Below are positions 34,465 through 38,781 of a stretch of 38,781 nt of DNA, one piece after another. The translations under genes and the position numbers were made by a program. This stretch comes from a virus (Duplodnaviria; Caudoviricetes), in IMG/VR virus record IMGVR_UViG_3300033406_000018, positions 1 to 38,781 of that record. One strand, given 5' to 3'. Every line of letters begins with the position of its first letter. Within the stretch, counting starts at the first letter, position 1. The notes beneath the pieces are model-generated. The model did no database searches. It was not told the DNA's origin and worked only from the letters and a program-made list of their open reading frames with translations.

Positions 34465-34469
34465 TCGCC

Positions 34470-34955
34470 ATGCGCGTTCTCTTCTGCACGTCGAGGCTGC
34501 CCGGTGCTGTGCTGATCCGTGCCGTGACTTGGTCGCAGTGGTCGCACGTGGCGCTGGTGGATGGCGACGAAGTGATTGAGGCGACCTGGCCAGCCGTGCG
34601 GGTTGCTCCGCTCGCCGAGGTCATCGCCAAGCACTCGGCGCACGTTATCGTCGATTTGCCGTGCCACTCGCCGGCCGAGGTCATCAAGGCCGCCCGCTCC
34701 CAGGTGGGCAAGCCCTACGATCTCACGGCGCTGTTCGGCCTGCTCATGCATCGAGATTGGCAGGAAGAGGACAGTTGGTTCTGCTCAGAGCTGGTGGCGT
34801 GGGCCTTCGCGCAAGGGGAGTCGCCGTTGTATCGACCTGAGGCGACGCATCGAATTACGCCGCAGCATCTCTGGATGCTGGCCCCGGCGGAACCGCCCGC
34901 CCCGTCTTGCTGTAGCAACGTCGAAGGCCGCCCCGTGCGGCCTTCTTCATTTTGA
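34470..34955 (+). CDS. YiiX/YebB-like permuted papain (NlpC/P60) enzyme
   Basis: WSHV (His) before GKPYD and WFCSELVA (Cys). Confidence 0.82.
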   Translation: MRVLFCTSRLPGAVLIRAVTWSQWSHVALVDGDEVIEATWPAVRVAPLAEVIAKHSAHVIVDLPCHSPAEVIKAARSQVGKPYDLTALFGLLMHRDWQEEDSWFCSELVAWAFAQGESPLYRPEATHRITPQHLWMLAPAEPPAPSCCSNVEGRPVRPSSF

Positions 34956-34981
34956 TAGCCAATCGAATGGAGAGAATAACA

Positions 34982-35356
34982 ATGGCGGAGCCATCGACAT
35001 CTGCAGGCTTTAGTCTAACCGTCCTGTCCATCGCTTTACTCGGCCCGCTGGCTGGTCCGTACGCGCTGATTGCCTTTGCATCGCTGGCCGGTGCCATGTG
35101 GCCGCTAAGCGCCAGCACTACCGAAACAAAGCTCTCTGGTGCCTGGTTGCTACTTCGCTGCACTCTGACTGCCATAGTCCTGACGGCGTTTCTTGCTGGG
35201 CTCATCGAGCGGCAATGGGGGTTTCCAGTTAATGAGTCGCTGGCTCCGGTCGCGCTGATCATTGGTGCCCTCGGCAATGGTTGGCGTCCGGTATTCGACG
35301 CCGTCGGCTCGGCGGCGGGGCTGCTGATCGGTAGGTTTGCTGGAGAGAGGAAATGA
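34982..35356 (+). CDS. Putative holin
   Basis: MAEPST start, several hydrophobic segments, first gene of the lysis cassette. Confidence 0.7.
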   Translation: MAEPSTSAGFSLTVLSIALLGPLAGPYALIAFASLAGAMWPLSASTTETKLSGAWLLLRCTLTAIVLTAFLAGLIERQWGFPVNESLAPVALIIGALGNGWRPVFDAVGSAAGLLIGRFAGERK

Positions 35357-35679
35357 GCAACGGCGCCTTGCTGATCGCGCACGAATTGCTTTGCGTGGTT
35401 CTGTTCTACACCGTCTTTTACCGAGCTGTCCGCACCTGCGAGAAGGTGCGGATGGATGTTCGGGCAGCTTTCTGGGTGCTCGGCCTGGTGGCCTGCCTTG
35501 GAATGTGTGCGCCGATCGTCTGGGGCTATCGGCCGGACCATTTCAGTATTGTTCTGATCGCCGCCATTGTCATTGTCCAGCTTATCACTGCCCGGCACTG
35601 GTCTGATAGCTGCCCGCCCCGTTTCTATAAGCCCGGTCTTTCGCCTACAGAAGGAGATCGCAATGCACGTCACGCGTGA
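35353..35679 (+). CDS. Membrane protein in the lysis cassette (holin/antiholin candidate)
   Basis: About 3 TM segments; coupled between holin and endolysin. Confidence 0.6.
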   Translation: MSNGALLIAHELLCVVLFYTVFYRAVRTCEKVRMDVRAAFWVLGLVACLGMCAPIVWGYRPDHFSIVLIAAIVIVQLITARHWSDSCPPRFYKPGLSPTEGDRNARHA

Positions 35680-36214
35680 GCAGTTACTGTCGATCATGCC
35701 CTACTCAAAACCGCGCGTTGAGCAGTGGGTTACACCGCTCAACAAGGCGATGGAAGAGTTTGGAATTGATACGCCAAGTCGGGTGTCGGCTTTCCTTGCT
35801 CAGGTCGCTCATGAATCGACTGAACTGAAAAACGTCCGTGAGTTGGCGAGCGGTGCGGCCTACGATACCGGTCGACTGGCTGCCCGCTTGGGTAATACGC
35901 CGGAAGCCGACGGCGATGGTCAGATGTACAAGGGAAGGGGGTTGATCCAAGTCACCGGGCGCGATAACTATGTCAAATGTAGTCGCGCCCTATTCGGCGA
36001 TGCCGAGACCTTGATAAAACAGCCTGAGTTGCTTGAGGAGCCGGTTGCTGCCGCGCGATCTGCGGCATGGTTTTGGTGGTCGAATGGCCTGAACGTTCTG
36101 GCCGACTGCCCAAATAGCTTCCAGACGATCACGAAGCGTATCAATGGCGGTCTCAATGGCTACGCCAGCCGACTCGCCTATTTCGAGCGCGCTAAAAAGG
36201 TGTTGGCATGCTGA
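35663..36214 (+). CDS. Endolysin, glycoside hydrolase family 19
   Basis: AFLAQVAHES, YKGRGLIQVTGRDNY, SAAWFW, ITKRINGGLNG. Confidence 0.93.
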   Translation: MHVTREQLLSIMPYSKPRVEQWVTPLNKAMEEFGIDTPSRVSAFLAQVAHESTELKNVRELASGAAYDTGRLAARLGNTPEADGDGQMYKGRGLIQVTGRDNYVKCSRALFGDAETLIKQPELLEEPVAAARSAAWFWWSNGLNVLADCPNSFQTITKRINGGLNGYASRLAYFERAKKVLAC

Positions 36215-36666
36215 ACCCGCTGATCATCCGGGCGGCGGCTGTTATTGCCTTTCTCGCCGCGGCTTTCTCTGCAGGCTGCATCTCTGGTCGCGACCAGGTG
36301 CAACACAAGTGGGATGCCGCTAAGGTTGCCCAGGCCAAGCTTGCATTTGATGCGGCCATGGCAAACCGCGAAAAAGAACGATCCATGCAGCAACAACTCA
36401 ACGAGGCTCAACATGCCGCCGCCGAACGTGAAAAGAAAATCCGCGCTGATTATGCTGCTGCCAATGCTGCTGCTATCGGCCTGCGCGACACCGTCGCCGC
36501 CCTCCGTGGTCGACTCTCCGTCGCTACCGTCGAAGCCTGCCGTGGAACTGCCGAATCAGCCCTTGTCGTATTCAGCCAGTGCTCGGATGAATATCAAGCA
36601 GTGGCAGAAGCGGCTGATCGATTCGGCTCCAGTGCCAAAACCTTGAATGACGCCTGGCCGGAATGA
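36208..36666 (+). CDS. Rz: Rz-like inner-membrane spanin
   Basis: N-terminal TM then coiled coil; contains a nested lipoprotein ORF. Confidence 0.8.
   Translation: MLNPLIIRAAAVIAFLAAAFSAGCISGRDQVQHKWDAAKVAQAKLAFDAAMANREKERSMQQQLNEAQHAAAEREKKIRADYAAANAAAIGLRDTVAALRGRLSVATVEACRGTAESALVVFSQCSDEYQAVAEAADRFGSSAKTLNDAWPE
36413..36646 (+). CDS. Rz1: Rz1-like outer-membrane spanin lipoprotein nested in Rz
   Basis: KRK-hydrophobic-LSAC lipobox then a Pro-rich mature part, +1 frame. Confidence 0.8.
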   Translation: MPPPNVKRKSALIMLLPMLLLSACATPSPPSVVDSPSLPSKPAVELPNQPLSYSASARMNIKQWQKRLIDSAPVPKP

Positions 36667-36845
36667 ACCCGCCGATGACGCTGGACGAGCTGATCGTCTA
36701 TCTCACCAATCACCGGGCGGAGTTCCCTGAACACGGCCGGTATCACATCGAGATGCGCGAGCACTTGCTTGCTGCCCCGCCGCAAAAACTGACCCACGAC
36801 GATCACGACAGGGTCGTCATCCTGATAGGGCTTCACGCACGATAG
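36663..36845 (+). CDS. Hypothetical protein (60 aa)
   Basis: ATGA-coupled to Rz. Confidence 0.55.
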   Translation: MNPPMTLDELIVYLTNHRAEFPEHGRYHIEMREHLLAAPPQKLTHDDHDRVVILIGLHAR

Positions 36846-36857
36846 AAGGGAGTCGAA

Positions 36858-37004
36858 ATGGATGCGCAAATCATCAGCCTGGCGAAGTGGAAAGCTGATC
36901 ACCCGCCGCTCTTGGCTGCCTGGCAGTCTTGTTCTGAAGCGGCTACGCGCTGTCAACTCAACTGGGCTAGGCTGTGGTTGCCGTGGCTTCCTCGCCGGTT
37001 CTGA
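36858..37004 (+). CDS. Possible small Trp-rich protein (48 aa)
   Basis: GGGAG SD; MDAQIISLAKWKADHPP...; overlaps the integrase 3' end. Confidence 0.35.
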   Translation: MDAQIISLAKWKADHPPLLAAWQSCSEAATRCQLNWARLWLPWLPRRF

Positions 37005-38604
37005 TCATGTCGATCAGCATCCCGCTCTTCCTATCAAGGCGCAGGGATCGTCTTCCGCCGCCCTTGCCGACGAGCAGCATTTCAATGATTGGGCTGCGCG
37101 GGTCAAGTTTCGTGCCGCGCGAGAAAATCACGATGCGTTCGAAGGTGTCGGCGATTAGTTGCCGGGCCTTTACGCGAGAATCGTAGTCCATTGCTTCGAC
37201 GCCCTGGCGCAATGCCTCCCATGCCTCGGCTGCAGCCGGGGTAGGGGTTGTGTCCAGCGCGAGCAACTGTTGTTCAAGGTGCCGTATTGCCTTCCCAGAT
37301 TCAGCTTGTTCTGCTTCTAGATCTCGCATCTTGCGAATAAGTGCCGCCGGGGTGTCAGTCTCGTCGGTCGTGAGCAGCAATTCGGTCAATCGATCAATCT
37401 TGGCATTGATTTTTGCTGCCTCGCCCCGTAATTGTGCCAGCCTGCCCCGCAGTGCTTCGGTCTGCCCGCCGTAGTTATCGAGTAGTGCGCGCAGGTTAAG
37501 TCGGTCTGAGCAGTAGTTCATGATTGCGCGCTCAAGGGCTGCTGCACTGACGCTTGATGGGAGCGGGCACGGGCTTCGAGCGGCGCTTGATGAGCAAATA
37601 AGCCGTCGATTTCCGTCTGAAAGCGAGCCGTCGGAGCGAGTTCTGGTTGTCACATTGTTCGCAACCATTGCAGAGCCGCAATAGCCGCAGATTGCTATTC
37701 CGGAGCCGCTAAGCATTCCGACGATCTTGCTCGGGCCACCGCTTCCGGCGCGGGCTCGGCGGTTCATGATGTCCTGAAGGCTTGCCCATTGTGCCGCGCT
37801 TACCAGGGCAGGGTAGTAGTCGGTGAGTTCATGAGTATCGCCTTCGAGTTCGAGTGATTTAACGCCCTTCAGCGCCGTGTTTCGGATGATGCGGTAAAGC
37901 TGGTTCGAATTCGGCGGACCATTACCGAGATTGAGTTTGCGTTCCAGCAGCGCCTCAGTGATCTTGAAATGGCCCCAGCCGCGGCCGAAGAGGTCGAGTG
38001 CGGTGCGGATGCCTTCGGCGCGCTCTTCGATGATCTCCCATTTGCCGTCGATCCACCGAAGCCAGGAAGGCGGCCGCCCCATGCGTCCTGCAGTTATCTT
38101 TCCAGTTGCCTGCCATGCCTCGCAGTGCTTCCTGATCGCCGCTTTGACGCGCTTACTCTTTGTCTCCGACTCCTCATTTGCGCGGACCATCACCAGCACC
38201 GAATAGATGATGTCCATCGGGTTCGCTTTCAGCTTCTCGCGGCTGTACTGCTTCCCGTCGCCGGCTGTCACTACCGTAATGCCGGCATTGATGATCTGGG
38301 TAAGTTGCGCCTGGGCATCGATAGGGTCAGCGCGGGAGAGGCGATCCAACCCCTCAACAATCAAAACAGACCCGGGTGGAATGCGCCCTTCATTGATTGC
38401 CTGTAGAAAAGCCCCAAGGGCGCCGGTCTTCACATGGCGCTGATGGTAGGCGCTCAGCCCCTCGTCACGCATGGTGAGTGACTCGTCGAGCGGCAGGCCG
38501 TTTTCAGCGGCCCAGCGTTGAGCATAGTCGAGCTGGCGGTCTATACTGGTGCCGGCAGCCTGCTTGATGGATGAGAAGCGGAGGTAGCTATATACATTGG
38601 CCAT
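36967..38604 (-). CDS. int: Large serine recombinase (integrase)
   Basis: YSYLRFSS..Q...S..RQ, D.GLSA, VEGLDRLSR, ES..KS.R, YYPALVS, zinc ribbon CGYCG, coiled coil. Confidence 0.95.
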   Translation of the reverse strand: MANVYSYLRFSSIKQAAGTSIDRQLDYAQRWAAENGLPLDESLTMRDEGLSAYHQRHVKTGALGAFLQAINEGRIPPGSVLIVEGLDRLSRADPIDAQAQLTQIINAGITVVTAGDGKQYSREKLKANPMDIIYSVLVMVRANEESETKSKRVKAAIRKHCEAWQATGKITAGRMGRPPSWLRWIDGKWEIIEERAEGIRTALDLFGRGWGHFKITEALLERKLNLGNGPPNSNQLYRIIRNTALKGVKSLELEGDTHELTDYYPALVSAAQWASLQDIMNRRARAGSGGPSKIVGMLSGSGIAICGYCGSAMVANNVTTRTRSDGSLSDGNRRLICSSSAARSPCPLPSSVSAAALERAIMNYCSDRLNLRALLDNYGGQTEALRGRLAQLRGEAAKINAKIDRLTELLLTTDETDTPAALIRKMRDLEAEQAESGKAIRHLEQQLLALDTTPTPAAAEAWEALRQGVEAMDYDSRVKARQLIADTFERIVIFSRGTKLDPRSPIIEMLLVGKGGGRRSLRLDRKSGMLIDMIRTGEEATATTA

Positions 38605-38629
38605 GCTGGCATTTTATGTCATGGCTATG

Positions 38630-38671
38630 AAATGTGTACTTCGTGATGCAATTATCCAGCCGATTGCAACA
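38630..38671. other. Right attachment junction (phage half 38630-38655, core CCAGC 38656-38660, host half 38661-38671)
   Basis: Inverted-repeat partner of the left junction. Confidence 0.88.
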
Positions 38672-38679
38672 ATGTACAT
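38656..38679 (-). pseudogene. 5' part (MYIVAIGW) of the disrupted host membrane protein gene
   Basis: ATG 38679 after GAGG; fuses in frame with 1-113 through the core. Confidence 0.85.
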
Positions 38680-38721
38680 AGAGGGTGCCTCGCAGGGGCC
38701 CTAATTATGCATGCAAATGCA

Positions 38722-38750
38722 TTGACAGGGCTGGGACGGGTATGCAGAAT
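38722..38750 (+). promoter_or_regulatory. Possible host sigma70 promoter pointing out of the window
   Basis: TTGACA-17 nt-CAGAAT. Confidence 0.4.
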
Positions 38751-38781
38751 CCAGAAGCTCAAGCCCCCGACATATCAAAGA

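Larger units (their letters stand above)
111..38660. mobile_element. Complete-looking temperate prophage (HK97-like head, Mu-like contractile tail, large serine integrase)
   Basis: CCAGC core at 111-115 and 38656-38660 flanked by att half-sites; integrase, immunity, replication, head, tail and lysis modules all lie between. Confidence 0.93.

Overview
The window is almost exactly one apparently intact temperate prophage (~111-38660, GC-rich, probably from a betaproteobacterial host; host assignment is inference). A large serine recombinase (36967-38604) integrated it into a small host membrane-protein gene. The gene's first 8 codons (MYIVAIGW) lie at the right end and the rest (LYVTLLVAANEP...) at the left end, joined by a shared CCAGC core, and attB and attP can both be rebuilt as inverted repeats. 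The phage carries its own recoded full-length copy of the gene it breaks (139-357). Layout: a leftward early operon (GNAT-like protein, a complete diversity-generating retroelement, DHH and HD phosphohydrolases, C5 DNA methyltransferase); an immunity region (BRCT protein, second HTH, CI lacking a peptidase domain, Cro, CII, six operator-like sites); a replication gene with iterons and DnaA boxes; Q; HNH/terminase and an HK97-type head; a Mu-like contractile tail; and a lysis cassette. The main highlight is the DGR (RT, Avd, TR, two VRs with adenine-only mismatches). It diversifies two small DUF1566/CLec-like early proteins rather than the tail fibre, and its VRs are followed by 8-bp-period tandem repeats instead of an obvious hairpin. 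All protein family calls are from motif recognition, not database searches.
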